Source: the human T2T-CHM13v2.0 reference genome, Homo sapiens
Direction: 5' to 3' (one strand)
Length of the DNA stretch: 64,000 bases
Assembly: GCF_009914755.1 (NCBI RefSeq)
Contig: NC_060939.1
Below, piece by piece: positions 1-14,835 of the stretch (within the stretch, counting starts at the first letter, position 1; the number at the start of each line of letters is the position of its first letter). The notes under the pieces were generated by a model that ran no database searches, was not told where the DNA came from, and worked only from the letters and a program-made list of their open reading frames with translations. The translations under genes and the position numbers were made by a program.

Positions 1-107
1 GGAAAACGCGTGAACCCAGGAGGCAGGGGCTGCAGTGAGCTGAGATCTCACCACTGTACTCCAGCCTGAAGGACAGGCGAGATTCCATCTCAAAAAAAAA
101 AAAAAAA
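1..107 (+). mobile_element. Alu, 3' end of right arm with poly(A) (cut by window edge)
   Basis: GAACCCAGGAGGCAG..GCAGTGAGCTGAGATC..CACTGTACTCCAGCCTG..TCCATCTC followed by an A-tail. Confidence 0.93.
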
Positions 108-470
108 GGAAATTCTGACACATGCTACAACATGGATGACCCTTGGTTCTACTAAATGAAGTAAGAAGTCATGAGAAGACGAATGCTGTATGATTCTATT
201 TATGTGAGGTGCGTAGAGTAGTCAAATTCACAGAGACAGAAAGTAGAATGGTGGCTGTCGGGGCTTGGGGGAGGAGGGATAAGGGATGGGGAGTTAAGAG
301 CACAGAGTTTCAGTTTTGTAAAATTAAGAGTTCTGATGATTGGCCGTACAGAAGTGTAAATGTACTTAACACCATTAAACTGCATGATTAGAAATTGTTC
401 TGATGGTAAATTTTAAATTATGCATATCTTACCACCATTTAATAATAATAATAATAATAATAATAAACAG
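108..470 (+). mobile_element. Old L1 (L1MA/MB-type) 3' end with (AAT)n tail
   Basis: GAAATTCTGACACATGCTACAACATGGATGA..GTAGTCAAATTCACAGAGACAGAAAGTAGAATGGTGG..ATGGTAAATTTT, then (AAT)n at about 441-465. Confidence 0.8.
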
Positions 471-1024
471 AAGCTCTACACATATTAAACAGCAACTTCC
501 CATTCCCCTGTCTTAAATTTGGTTGCTTAGACCATTTACATGTACTGTGATTATCAATATTGCTTAAGTCTACCATCTTCAAAGTTGTTTCCTATTCTCA
601 CCCCCATAGTTTCTTCTCCCCTACCCTTTCTGACTTTCTATACAAAAGGAACATTTTTATATTCCTTTTGATTTCCATAACAGAGCCATTAGTTGTATTT
701 TTTTTTACTGATCCATATAGCGTTTATAATATACACCCTTCAATTTACAAAAGTTTTCTTACGAATAATACCGTATCACTTCACATAGAGTATGAAACAT
801 TACAAAAATATTCTCCCATTTCCTCCTCTTGGCATTTGTGCGGCTACTATCGTGCATTTTAATTTTATACATGCTATAGACACATTATCATTCTTGCTTT
901 AAACAATTTTTTAAATTTTTTGTGTTAGAAAATGTTATATTTTCACAGATATTAATCATTTCTAGTTCTCTTCATTTATTTGTATAGATCCCAATACGCA
1001 TCTAGCATCATTTTCCTTCTGTCT

Positions 1025-1469
1025 TGTGAAAGGAAAATCTTGGGGCCCCAAAACTACTAAGCTAAAGGGAAAAGTGAAGCTGGGAACTGCTCAGGGCAAA
1101 CCTGCTTCCCATTCTATTGAAAGTCATCCCTCTGCTCACTGACATAGATGCATATCTAATTGCCTCCTTTGGAAAGGCTTATCAGAAACTCAAAAGAATG
1201 CAACTACTTGGCTTTCACCTTCCTGTGACCTGGAAGCCCTCTCCCTGCTTCGAGTTGTCCCTGCCTTTCTGGACAGAACCAATGTGCTTCTTACATATAC
1301 TGATTGATGTCTTATGTCTCCCTAAAATGTATAAAACCAAACTGTGCCTCTACCACCTTGGTACATGTCGTCAGGACTTCCTGAGGCTGTATTATGGGTG
1401 GGCATCCTCAGCTTCCACAAAATAAACTTTCTAAATTAAGTGAGACCTGTCTCAGATTTTCAAGTTTCA
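1025..1469 (+). mobile_element. Solo ERV1 LTR, MER4A/MER4A1-like
   Basis: TG...CA termini, 4-bp TSD GTCT (1021-1024 and 1470-1473), start TGTGAAAGGAAAATCTTGGGGCCCCAAAA..CTAAGCTAAAGGGAAAAGT, internal AATAAA. Confidence 0.85.
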
Positions 1470-1473
1470 GTCT

Positions 1474-3350
1474 GAATAATGTAACATTTTTGTATTGCTA
1501 TTCTGCCGGCAGTTAATTCATGTAGCTTTTTTCTGTCTGAAAGATCTCAATTTTGCCTTAATTACTGAATGCTTTGTTTTTCTGGCTATGGAATTCTAGG
1601 TTGAGTTTTCAATTTTTCTTTCAATAATCTAAAATGTCACTCCACAGCATTCTGGCTTTCATTGTTTCTGATGATAAGTCTGCTACAATTCTTAGTTGTG
1701 TTCCTCTGTGTATATCTTTTTTCCTGACTGCTTTTAAGATTTTCTCTTTTTCATTATTTTTGGCCATTGGGTTATGACATGCTCTGGCATTTGTTTTCTT
1801 CATGTGTGTCCTGCTTGGCTTCCATTGAGCTACTTTGGTCTGTTTCCAGTATTCGTTTGAAAAATATTCTGAAGTTATTGTTTCAAACATTTTTTTCTCC
1901 CCACTCCTTTTCTGGTATTCAAATTACATGCATTTAGGCTACTCGACATTGTTCCGTAGTTCCCTGATGCTCTTCATTCATTGTTTTTAGTCTTTGTCTT
2001 TTATTTTGGGTAGTTTTTATTGCTATAGATGCGCCAACTTTTCCTCTTCTGTATCTAATCTCCTGCTAATCCCATACAGGATATTTTTTATTTCGGTTGT
2101 TGCATTTATCTTTAAAAGTTCGATTTGGGTCTTTTTTATATCTTCTATTTCTCTCCTTAGCACACGGGCAGATCTTCTTGAGCCTATGTGGTGTTTTTTG
2201 TTTGTTTGTTTGTTTGTTTTTTGAGATGCAGTCTCGCACTGTCGCCCAGGCTGGAGTACAATGGCCTAGTCTCGGTTCACCACAACTTCCACCTCCCCGG
2301 TTCAAGCGATTCTCTTGCCTCCGCCTCCCGAGTAGCTGCCATTACAGGCACCCACCACCACGCCCGGCTAGTTTTTTGTATTTTTAGTAGACACGGGGTC
2401 TCACTATGTTGGCCAGGCTGGTCTCTAACTCCTGACCTCAAAGTGATCTGCCCGCCTCAGCCTCCCAAAGTGCTGGGATTACAGGCGTGAGCCACCAGGC
2501 CCGGCCATATTTCTAATAACTGTTTCAATGTGTTTGTCTACTGATTCTATCATCTGTGTCAATTCTGGGTCTGTTTCTATTGGTTGAGACTGAGTTCTCC
2601 TCTGGGTACAAGTCACATTTCATGCTTGGTAATTTTTTATTAGATGCCAGGCATGACGACTTTTTACTTTGGGGACTAGATTTTGTGGCATTCTTTTAAA
2701 TATTGTTCGGCCATTTTGGGGATGCAGTGAAGTTATTTGTAATCAGTTTTATCCATTCACATTTTGTTTCTAAGCTTTGTTATAGCAGATCCACAACAGC
2801 TTTTCAGCTAGGGCTAACATGACCCCAACTCCTGAGACACTATTCTTTTATGATGCTTGCCAATGCCATGTCTATTAGGAAGTCTTTCCACTCTAACTGA
2901 TGGGAATGAAAACTGTCCTTGGCCTCATGTGAGCTATGGAAATTTTTCTTCCTCTTTCTTTCCGGTGTTTTTTTCCCCCAGTCCCAGTAGTTTCTTCACG
3001 TGTTGCAGATCAGTGCTCAAAGACTCCAGGGGACACATCAGAAGGTCTTTGGAGCACTCTCTCTTTTCAGTTGCCTTTCTAGGATTTTCCTCCATAAATT
3101 CTAGCTACCTTAGCTTTTCTGAACATCAATGGAGCCAGGCTGATGGACTCTGGATTACCCTTCCTTGTGTTTTGGCCTGAAAATGGTGGCACTTTAAGGG
3201 GACACCTAGTTTTTCTCCTTGCTCTCAGGGATCCCTGTACCATGATCTCTATTCTCCAAATACCTGAGAACTCTCATTACATTTTTACTATGACCCATGT
3301 TCAAGTATTAAGATGGAAGAGTAAATCTAGTTCCTTTTGTTCCATCATTC
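1474..3350 (-). mobile_element. Old L1M 5'/ORF1 region, interrupted by an Alu
   Basis: ORF 1621-1890(-) contains the L1 ORF1p-like segment EKEKILKAVR..RGTQLRIVADLSSETMKAR..W; boundaries approximate. Confidence 0.7.
2194..2506 (-). mobile_element. AluS, full length
   Basis: (TTTG)n tail, GAGATGCAGTCTCGCACTGTCGCCCAGGCTGGAGT...CCCAAAGTGCTGGGATTACAGGCGTGAGCCACC..CCGGCC. Confidence 0.95.
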
Positions 3351-6300
3351 ATCTAACATGCCAAATTTTAAATGGATGTAAAAAAGCAAAAGACCAGGAG
3401 GAACCGAATAGACTTCACTACTAGATATCAAGACTTACCATAAATAAATCCTAATTATGACAGGGATTTTAGTGAGTGGATGGAAAATAGACCAATTAAA
3501 AGCTAAGAAACAGACCCACACATTTATGAAATTGGACATATCTCTGGGGAAAGAAGGGATTATTTAATAAATAGTGTTAGGATTTATTTTTAATCTGAGA
3601 AAAAGATTGAATTTATCCCTGCATTATGCCACATAAAAATGTAAAATCCAGGTATGGTGTTGACTCTGGCACTTACGACCAGGTAGATGTGTCAAAGAAT
3701 ATTAAGTAGTAGCAGTGTTCATAATGGCAAGGTGGGAATAACCCAGGTACCCATCGATAATGAACAGATAATTGTGGTGTACTCAAAGAGAATACTATGT
3801 AGAGATACAAATAAATGAATTATAACTACACACATGAAGAGAGATGAATCTATAAAGTATGATCTGAGTTAAAAAAAATACAAGCCATATGATGCCATTT
3901 TATACAAAGTACAAAACAAGAAAAAAATGAAATAAAGATATTAAACACAAATACTTAAGTGATAAAACTATAATGAGAGCAATGGAATAATAAATTTCAG
4001 AATATTGGTTACTATATTTGGTGGGGCAGGACAGGTGATGGAGGGTTTTGGAGTGGATAGGGAGAGAGAATTGAGAAAATATGCAGAAAGTGTGAATAGT
4101 TTCTGTAATGCTCTATTTTTTTAAGTTGGGCAGTGGGGTTATGAGTGTCTGATTATTATACTTTATAACATAATACATAATTTTTTAGCATAGTAAACTT
4201 CATAGAAGCCAAGAAAACAGACACCCTCTATGGTCATATTCTCAAGTGCTCTGCAACTTCTAGGAGCCCTCCACACAGCTGGCTCTGGAGAAGTCCTCTT
4301 GTGTCACATGAGACCTTCACCCTCCTGCCCCCACTTAATTCTACTACCCCCTCTTTTCATAATGGGCTCAGAACACATCAAGTCCCCCCAGTCCTTAACA
4401 CTACCACTGCAGAAAGTAATTCATCTGCAGTTTGCCTGCTTTTCTTTCACAAATGTGCCCATTCTATCTTCAGAGGGGTAGAGTGGCTCTCTAGTGATTT
4501 TAGAACAGCTGAAATAGCACAGATAGAATGCTGTGTTGGGCAGCAGGATGGGAATGGCTCAAAGCATCTATGTTAGTAATTGTGTAGCCAACGGTCTTCT
4601 GGAGGAAACTGGGGGTTCGGGAAGGGCTTCAAGCGGAAGACAGCAACAGAACTGGAATTTGAAAAGCAGGAAGAATTTTGATAGATGGGAGAAAGAAAAT
4701 TCCCTGCAGAGGGAAATGTCATCACAAGAGAAAACTGCAAAGCTTTTGAAACACTGAGTCTTTCGGTTTGACTCGTTCACAGGGGAAAGGAATAGGTGGC
4801 AAAAATGGGATTGAGGTCACATCAAGGCGTTGGTATGGCATGTCAGGGAGTTAGATCCTGATTCTTTAGAACATGAGAAGGCATTCGAGATTGTCGAATA
4901 AATAGCGACATAACCAGAACTCTCTATGAAGATTTAAATAGGTATTCACGTATTTACTGTGGATAAGTCACTGTATATACACATAGTATGTGGGGCGGCG
5001 GCGGAGGGGGGTAGGTTAGGGGTGGGAAACAAACCCAAACCAGAAGCCCTCAGGACACAATGCTTGCCCTAGTGGCTCAGAATCCAGCTGCAGTTAGGGA
5101 ACACAATCTAGAGGGGAGGAAAAAGCAACAGGACAGTTTACCAACTTCCCTGAAGCAGGTCTTTAGATTGTGGTTGCCTTATCTGGTGGCAATCAGTGTG
5201 AATAACCAGAGTGTCTGAATTAGAGCACAAAGGCAAATACTACCTTTCTGCCTTGCTCAGCACACTGTAAATAGAATTGGGTGGTAATCAGGTGATATAA
5301 TGCTAGGAGAGTGTTCATTATGGATTCTCAGCAAATGCACATCCCCTTTCTGAGGAATAACAACGGGATCTGTGTCCATGAGTCCCATAGACCTCATTTT
5401 TAAAAGTCCAGGCCACTGAGACTTGCACAGACACACGGTGTGTGGGTCAGTGTGCTGCCCATTAGAGGAGGGGTTGGCCTTTGTTGGGCAGTAAGCTCTG
5501 AGGAAGGAATGTACCAACCTCTTTCCCAGACAAGCAGCGAGTTATTGATGCCAACCGTGTCCGATGGAATCCTCCTCTGCATTTCTTTAGCTTGGTGTTG
5601 CAATTGCCTGTATTGTGAACCCCCTCGGTTATCAGTCCGGATAAATGCACCAGTCTGCCTCGGGGGTGGCGAGATGATCTATTTATGTTTATCACTGAAT
5701 ACTGACTGAGCTCTTGATGACACGAAGCAAGCTGGGCCTCTCTTTCTCTCCACTTATCCATCATCCCCCGACCGCCAACACACCCTATCAAAAAGGAAGG
5801 GGCTGCCAAGACATATGCTAAAATTATATTGTATTTCATCTTACTTTGGAAGTAATGAGATCGTTTAACATGAAATGTAATTTACAAGTGCAGTGGGGCT
5901 TTTTTCCCCCTCCCCTCCCTTGGTAATAGCTTTAGACGCTGCATGCAGCTGACTGACACATCAGTAACAGGTAGAGAATGAAACCTATTCCTTTCAGAAA
6001 ATGAGTGTTTGCTGAGAGAGCAGGACAGAAAGCAGTGATGACATGGGTCTTTCAGGACTTTGGCTGTTCCTCCAGCTCACCTCCCAGGAGGTTGGGATCC
6101 ATTACTCCAGGCTCTGCACAAAACCACAACAGCAGACAGGAGGCTTCGAACACATGCACATTAAGCTAACTCCAGAATGAGACACTAAGAAGCAGCTGCA
6201 ACTGCATTTTCCTCTGACCACCCCCTTTAGAAAATGATATGCTTTACATCCACACAGAAATATAGCAGCTGATTCTAATCAAAAGATGCCTAAGCCACTA

Positions 6301-6874
6301 ACAGTTTCAGGTGTGTTTATTACCCCTGGAGGGGAATAATAGAGGACTCGGCAGCACTGGGCAAAGCTGGAAATGTAATCTTCTGGAAAAATGTCATGTT
6401 CAAGATAAAGTCACACTTCATAAGACAACTAATAGCTTTAGATTCACATATTTAAAGAGAATGTGGTAATTGTATGATAAAATATTAGCAAACCTCAAAA
6501 AATAGAGATAAAAATGCTAAGCATGTTAAGAGAATAGAAGATTATGGCACCAGCAGATTGGATTTTGATTTGCTTTTTAGTCACCCAAAAGTTATCACCT
6601 TTGAATGTGTTTTAAATTCAATCAACGTTCAAAATCATGCAGTAGAAGTCGAGTTGTAGCAGTGAAGAGTCACATACCTGTGTGCGTGGCTCCAGCAGGA
6701 ATAGCTGTGCAACCTCAGGGAAGTCACTGTACATCTCTCTGTCTCATTTTTCTCATCCAGAAAGGAAGCTATGACCAGCACATAACTTATAAGATGCTTA
6801 CGTGTAGTACCTGGTCCTTTTTTAAAAGCTCAGGTTCATGCATTTTGTAAAAGTATTAAATCACCCAACACATA

Positions 6875-7690
<816 letters not shown>

Positions 7691-8810
7691 ACAGACTGGA
7701 GTGGAAAACAGTAAAACAAGATTAACTGTGAAAGCATAAGGAAAAACAGGATAATAGCACAGTATGATTTTTAGTTACAAATAATCTACATGTTAAGAAA
7801 CCTAGAAGGAAACGTACAAGGGAGATTGTTTTATGGAATTGGAACTATGGGTGAATTTGAGGGTATTCTATTTGCCAAATTTAATTGAAAGTAAAAGGTC
7901 ATTTTCTATCAAACCACTCCTTTCTTCATACGTTATTGCTCCAGATGCAGCAGCTCTCCTGAGCTCTGACCTGTCTCACTTATGTAATACAATGAGGCTA
8001 CTGGCTTTTAGACATAAACAGGTTGATTCAGATTGAAAACAGGAGGAAATTAAGCATGAGAGAGTCAATGATGAAAACCGTAGGTATAAATCAACAAGTG
8101 GGTAAGCATATGAAAGGCTGCTTATCCTCACAGATTCTGCAGGGTGGATGTGTCCATAGTATTCAATGGGATAATTTGTTTACTTGTTTTATTATTTATG
8201 TCCTATTGCATTCTGAAAAGGTTTTAAAATGTTTTAAAAATGCATCCTGGCTTTATCAACCTCAAGTTGGTGAACTTTTGAATATTAAGTTTCCATGGCA
8301 CAGGATGTGCAGTACTAAGAGTCACCATCATTGCCCTTAGCAGTGGAGCTGTGGCCAGGCACTGTCCTTTGCCAAGAGGCAGCCATCTCCACTGAGCATG
8401 GATTGTACAAGGCCTGGCTCATGTCCAGTCCCAAGGGCCCTAGCATTTCAATGCAAACTTCCCCTCAGATTTCAAAAGGCTCTTACACCCAGTAACTGCA
8501 ATCCAGTTGATGCTCAATAAAGGTTTGCTGTTCTTAAAGGGTAGCTATCCCATTTGCTGAAGAAAGAGCTGATGCCTCAGAATTGGGGGCCCAAACAAAA
8601 GCAAACGATAATAACCATCATCATCACTAAAAACAACCTACATTGGTATTGGAAGTCATTACAAGAAAACAAGGAAGAGAGATATTTATTGTAGTGATGC
8701 TTGGAAAAGTGACAGATTGTCAACAATTTAATGCCCAGCATTAAGTCAATAGAATATTACATGGCCATTAAAAATTATGTCTGTGAAGACCAATGAATAA
8801 TTATGGTATT

Positions 8811-9123
<313 letters not shown>

Positions 9124-10319
9124 TTATAACAAAAATATTTTCTAGGCTAAGTTTTTAATAAAGGCTACAGACTGCACCTAGAGCTTGATTACAGCTGTAT
9201 TTTAAAAATGTCCTACCCAGGAACACCTGGAAGAAAACTTTGCAAAATGTAGGCATTAGTCATGTTTGCAACTCTTTCAAATTTTGCTCATTTATCCAAA
9301 ATTTTTGTTTAATAATTATGCATTAAATTGAAAATAAAAATGAGCCTTTTTAAAGATCATGGTTTTAAAAATGTTATTTTCATCCTGATAACATTAACAG
9401 GAAATAGGAAGATAAGAAATCATTACTCTATAATTACCATTATGCTAAAACATCTACATGTTTGAAAAATAGAAATGCATTAACACTGATTGCTTCTTTT
9501 GGGACTCAGAGCAATTGGGAGAGGGGTAGGATCCTCTAGTTACCAAATTTATTCACTGTGGTTTGAGAATGAAATACAAAATATGAATGTATGAGTAGAT
9601 TTGCAGCTCGTATGCACAGATTTCTCAAAGATGCACCTGAAATTTTGGGAATTAATCTTTATTTAAAATAAAATAAACAACAGCTTGTACTTTGGCTTAC
9701 TGCTCCTGTTGAGGTGTTCTCAGGCTGTATCCTTGCCTCTCTGAACCACCCCAGTACTGGAGACTGTGCTCCCACGTGAGGTAGCATGAACAGGGGTTCA
9801 TTGGTTTTCTCACCTGGAAGTGAACCCAGCCAAGGAGTATGACTCACTCCTCAGAGCCTCAGGAATAGTCATAATGGCTGTGAACCAGAATCTTGTCTCC
9901 TAGAAGCTCCACTCCTATAGCTGTTGGCTAATGTGTCTTTGTGGCCATCAGCTCTGTAACATACAAACTTCATGGGACCATGAGTGACCCCATATTTGGG
10001 GCTTAGGATAGGTACATGCAGAGAACAGAAAATATCATTGTTTTAAACATTTAAGCCAAAGTAGTGTTACATACTTCATCAGTCAAGGTTGATGGTGAAT
10101 CTTTGGAGGGCCTTACTCAAAAACAAAAGTTTCATCCTGAGCATTGAGGCCCTAGGAATTTTGCAAGCAGACTTAGGAAAATTGAACTCATTCATGTTGT
10201 AAGGCCCACAGAGATGCGAAAACCTGCTCATGCCAGTCCACAAATAACTTCCTCTAATAGTTCCCATTACCACACAGCAAGCCATTCACTGAAAATATGC
10301 AGGACAATGCAGAAATTCA

Positions 10320-10720
10320 TTAATTAATTCATTCACCCATCAAATATTCCTTGAGTCCCTTCTGTGTGCAGATGCCAGGTGCTAGAAATAAAGTGGTGCT
10401 TAAAACACGGTAGCTGCCTTAAAGCAGTGCAAGATCTAGATTCAGAGACAGAAAAGGTAGTTTCAGTGGAGTGTCACAAGGCCTTCCATGAGGACAACAT
10501 AAGAGTTAAGGAAGGACAGAGGGCTTGCTGGAGGACGTGGTGCTTCAGCTGAGAGGGGAAGCCCGAATAGATTTTAACCTGACAAAAGAGAGTAAGAGTG
10601 GGGAAGTAAAGAGGGGAAGAATTTTCTAGGAGGAAGAGGAGCAGAGTCAAAGCCTGAGAAGAAAGCGAACATGATGGATGCTCAGCATTGCAGCATTGCA
10701 GCAAAGTAGGGTGCAAGAGC
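10320..10720 (-). mobile_element. L2 3' fragment
   Basis: ATTCATTCACCCATCAAATATTCCTTGAGT..TGCCAGGTGCTAG (reverse complement of the L2 3' end). Confidence 0.6.
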
Positions 10721-12926
10721 AGTGTCAAGAGATGACTCATAAAAGACTTGATAAGCTGTGTTGCCCTGGTAGCACATTTCAAAGCTTCCTGCCTCCCCTA
10801 CCTACTGGGGATGAGAAAGGGAGCTGATGTTGACAAAGCCCAGGACAAAATTGGGCCAGCATAATTGGTATGGAGCTTCCCCTGTAAATGCAATGAGCTT
10901 GAGAATTCCAGCCTGTTGGTGCATTCCCTTTGCTGGACTATTTGTGTTCCCTTCATTGGCCTCTTCCTTGGAATTTGCTGTCTTCTATCACTTTCTTATC
11001 AGAGCATCTGGTGTCTAAGGGGTGCTTAGAGCTGTCTTTTATTCCAGATGGGCCCTACCCTGTGGAGGCTAAGTGGCAACTGCACTGGAGCCCAAGGAAA
11101 AGGAGGCAACCTCCAGAGCCTGATATCTACCTGGTCTCTGCTTAGGGTCTTTTGGCTGGTGGCAATGATCTCACATGATAAGCACAAATTTCTGTTCACT
11201 GGGTAACATATAAACTGGACACAGAAGAGGCAGCTAAGGGTGTCAACATACCAAAGGACAGGTTGTATGGAATTTGAATGTATAAAAGTTGAAGGGTTGC
11301 TTAGATCTTTCTTGGAGAGTGGGTATGACAATGATATCATATTAGGATCTGGCACAAAGTAGGTGCTCAGTAAATGCATGCTTTCTTTCCTGCCCTTCAC
11401 GGCTAGCTGAGCTCTAAAGTTCACAAAAACTTAGCCAAATTAACAAGTCAGCTGTGACAATCAGTTGCAAGACACAAAACGGGCCCTAAAGAGGATAACA
11501 GGTTGGAAACATTTTAGGGGAAAAAACAGATCATTGCACCCTAAACACACATTTAGGACCTACACTTTCTCAGGCATTGTACAAGGGATTGTGAACCAGG
11601 TGAGTAGTTTGCCCTTGGGAAGCTATCGGTCTTATGGTGAGCCAAGTCCACACAAAGGATATTATTATTTGACATCCATGCACATAAAGAGCCAAGAGAT
11701 GGGATGACTTGAAGAGGCATCCTCTCTCTCCCAGCTGGGAAAGGTATGGAAGGCTTTGTGGAGGAGGGGACATTTGAGGAGGGAGAGGTAGGATTTGGAT
11801 TCTAGGGCATAGTATCACTGGAATAGCTTCCAGGGCAAAGGGAATAGAATGAGTCAAGGCAGACATGAAGGAAACATGGGGAAGAGCAAGCAGTTCAGTT
11901 GTTATAGCACATGAGATATGCCAGATGTCAGAACCAGGGGAAGGCAGGTTGGCAAGTCCCATTGGGATTAGATGGCGGCAGGTCTACAGGGCCAGCCTTC
12001 ACGCTTACTCCAGGAATCCATCCTGCTCTGGCTGGAGCACCCCAAGGACACTGTGGCAGGACTGGATGTAGTGGATGTACATGGCTGAAGATAAATGCTT
12101 GTGACCACCGGCTCTGCACATGTTTGCTGCATAATGATGGAGCACCAACCCAGGCTTCTTCCTACCAACTGCATTGAAGGAGCAGTTGCACTATTCCCAG
12201 CTCTGATAACTGCCTGCCTGGCCCCTTTTCCCTTTATCACATTCCAGAAAACTGCTGTCGCACTCTCTAGGGTCAACCTGTCCCAGGCAATGTGGTCAAA
12301 AGACACAATCAAGACCCAGGACACAGAACTGCAAGCAGACCTGCAGCAGAGCCCGCCTGGGATGATTAATTACAAGAAGCAGCTGCATCCCTGACCGCTG
12401 CTTGGCAGACTCGGGGTCACAGCTGTGCAAAAGTAGCACCTGCTTTGCTTCAAGAACTTCTTCATGCCCGTCAAGCAGCCTTTTACAAGAAGACAGCAGA
12501 GTACCTAAATATGTGCCTCCCTTGAACAAGCCACGTTCCATGTATTAATCTTGCCAAAGGACTTTTTATTCCAGCATGTTTCCACATCTCAATTTTTACT
12601 GTTCTTACATCCTAACTAGCCTGTGGCCAACAGCTGTCATATTCATCCATTTAGATAACACTCAGGTATTTCCTCTTCTTCCTTAGCCTGGAACATTCCT
12701 GATTGATGGTCATTATATTTGCCCTCTTTCAATCCTCTTCACATCTGTATTCCATATGGTAAGAGGAAGGCCCTCCTACCAGGGGTGGTGATCGACAATT
12801 AAAATTACAAGATATATTTCCAACTGAATGCCTTGTTAAACAGCTATAAGAAACCTCAAATAAAATGACATGCTGCTGATAAAAAACTATTGGCCCCAAA
12901 GGGATGATCCCAGGGAGAAACATACA

Positions 12927-13200
<274 letters not shown>

Positions 13201-14359
13201 TTAAAAATTACCTCATGAAATCCAACAGCAAGTGGCGCGTTAAAGAAAGTCAGCATTATTATCATTGGCAGATTAAACTGTGCTCACAAAAGACTCAAAG
13301 ATGATATAAAAAGGCCTTCACTGCTAAAGACGTTTTCACTTCAAAGTGCATTGTCTAAAAGATTAGAACATTTCTTTTTCATAGAAACAATGATGGTGAA
13401 GGTCCCAGGCTATTCAATAAAATTCTGTTAATCCACAATTATAATGAAGAACAACATTGCCAAGCCACACCACTTCCTATTCTCCAACACATTCTGCTCC
13501 CCCATCTGGGTGCCCTTTGCTTGTGTATACCTGTCAAATCATACCTAATTGTGGAGACACGGAACAGGTACCTCCTCCTCCAGGAAGCCTTCCTTACAAC
13601 CTCAGACAAAAGAAAGCCCTCTCCATTGCATGTTTCCGGAGTCCTCTCCTTTATCATTTTCTATAACAGTTCTTACATTGTGTGTTATACAGGCATCTTA
13701 TTTGTCCTCTTCAGCTGGGAGTTCCTTGTGGGAAGAGATTATATCTTAATAATCTTGGACATCCTACAGCCTCAATGATGATGTCTTAAGAAGGCTAGCT
13801 CTTTCGTAAAAGTGTTTAAACTGAAAAACAAATGGCTGCTGTTAAACCAAACAGAATAATGAAGACTAAATGGAACTTTAAAAAAGTGACTGATCATGCC
13901 TGATCTATAGTTAGGTGCACAGGAAAGGCTAATTGTAAACTGAAAAACAACAAAGAATTTTTTTAACACAGCATTCCATTGTATGTTTATGCTATACTTT
14001 ATTACATTAACCTTTAATTATTGAACACATCCAGCATTTTTTTCATTCATGAAGAATCCTGCAATGAACATAAATGTACTATCAATTCTGTGAATGAGTA
14101 TTATTTTAGAATAAATTATTGGAAGACATACATGGGCATATGCACTGTTAAGAGTTTATGCAAATTGATGCTTCTAAATGGAAATTCTTTTAAAGTTCCA
14201 CCAATAGGTATAAGTTTTGCTGTTGTTTTCTGGTAGATTATTTGGCCCCAGTTAGGGACATTTTTTAAATCCACAGTTTGTTAATAGTTTGCTCTTGAAT
14301 GGGTGCTGAATCATATCTAGGGCTTTATCCAGGGCAGATAAAGCACCTGCCCTGGATGT

Positions 14360-14835
14360 TCTTCTCGGTTCAACCCTCAAATCCACACTGTCCACCTTTT
14401 CTAACCCGCTCTGTGTGAGAAGGGTGGCTTTTTTGCCCTCTGGCTATTGGTTGCGGTCAGCCAATGGGAAGGACCTTCAGGAAATCTAAAGGGGTATGGG
14501 TGGGGGAAGAGGGAGAAATTCAGCAAATACGCTTTCCCGGCATCCTCCTTAGTAACTCATCAGTAGCTTCATTTCTCTACCAAAGACCACAGATTCTACT
14601 AGATGTTCCCACACCACCATTTCTGAAAACCATCCATCTCCTTGCCTTTCAGGCCTTGGGGGTCAGGGGATGTGCAGGTGGCAGCTCCCTACTTTTCCTG
14701 GGCCTGGGATGCTTCACCATGTCTTATTGGGTTCCCTTAACCCAACAGCACCTCTGCAAAGGGTTCCTTTGTTAGACTCTCCCCATTCACCCTTCTGAAA
14801 TTTCCATCTATTTTTTGACAAGATTAGACTAACAT
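14360..14835 (+). mobile_element. ERVL-class LTR (LTR33-like)
   Basis: CCCTCTGGCT..GGTCAGCCAATGGGAAGG..CCTTGCCTTTCAGGCCT..GGGATGCTTCACCAT..CTAACA, followed directly by the internal start TTGGTACCAGGAGT. Confidence 0.6.

Noticed and set aside
2066-2490. Alu-derived ORFs here and at other Alus
   Set aside because: Standard Alu translation artefacts ([13 protein letters not shown] motifs).
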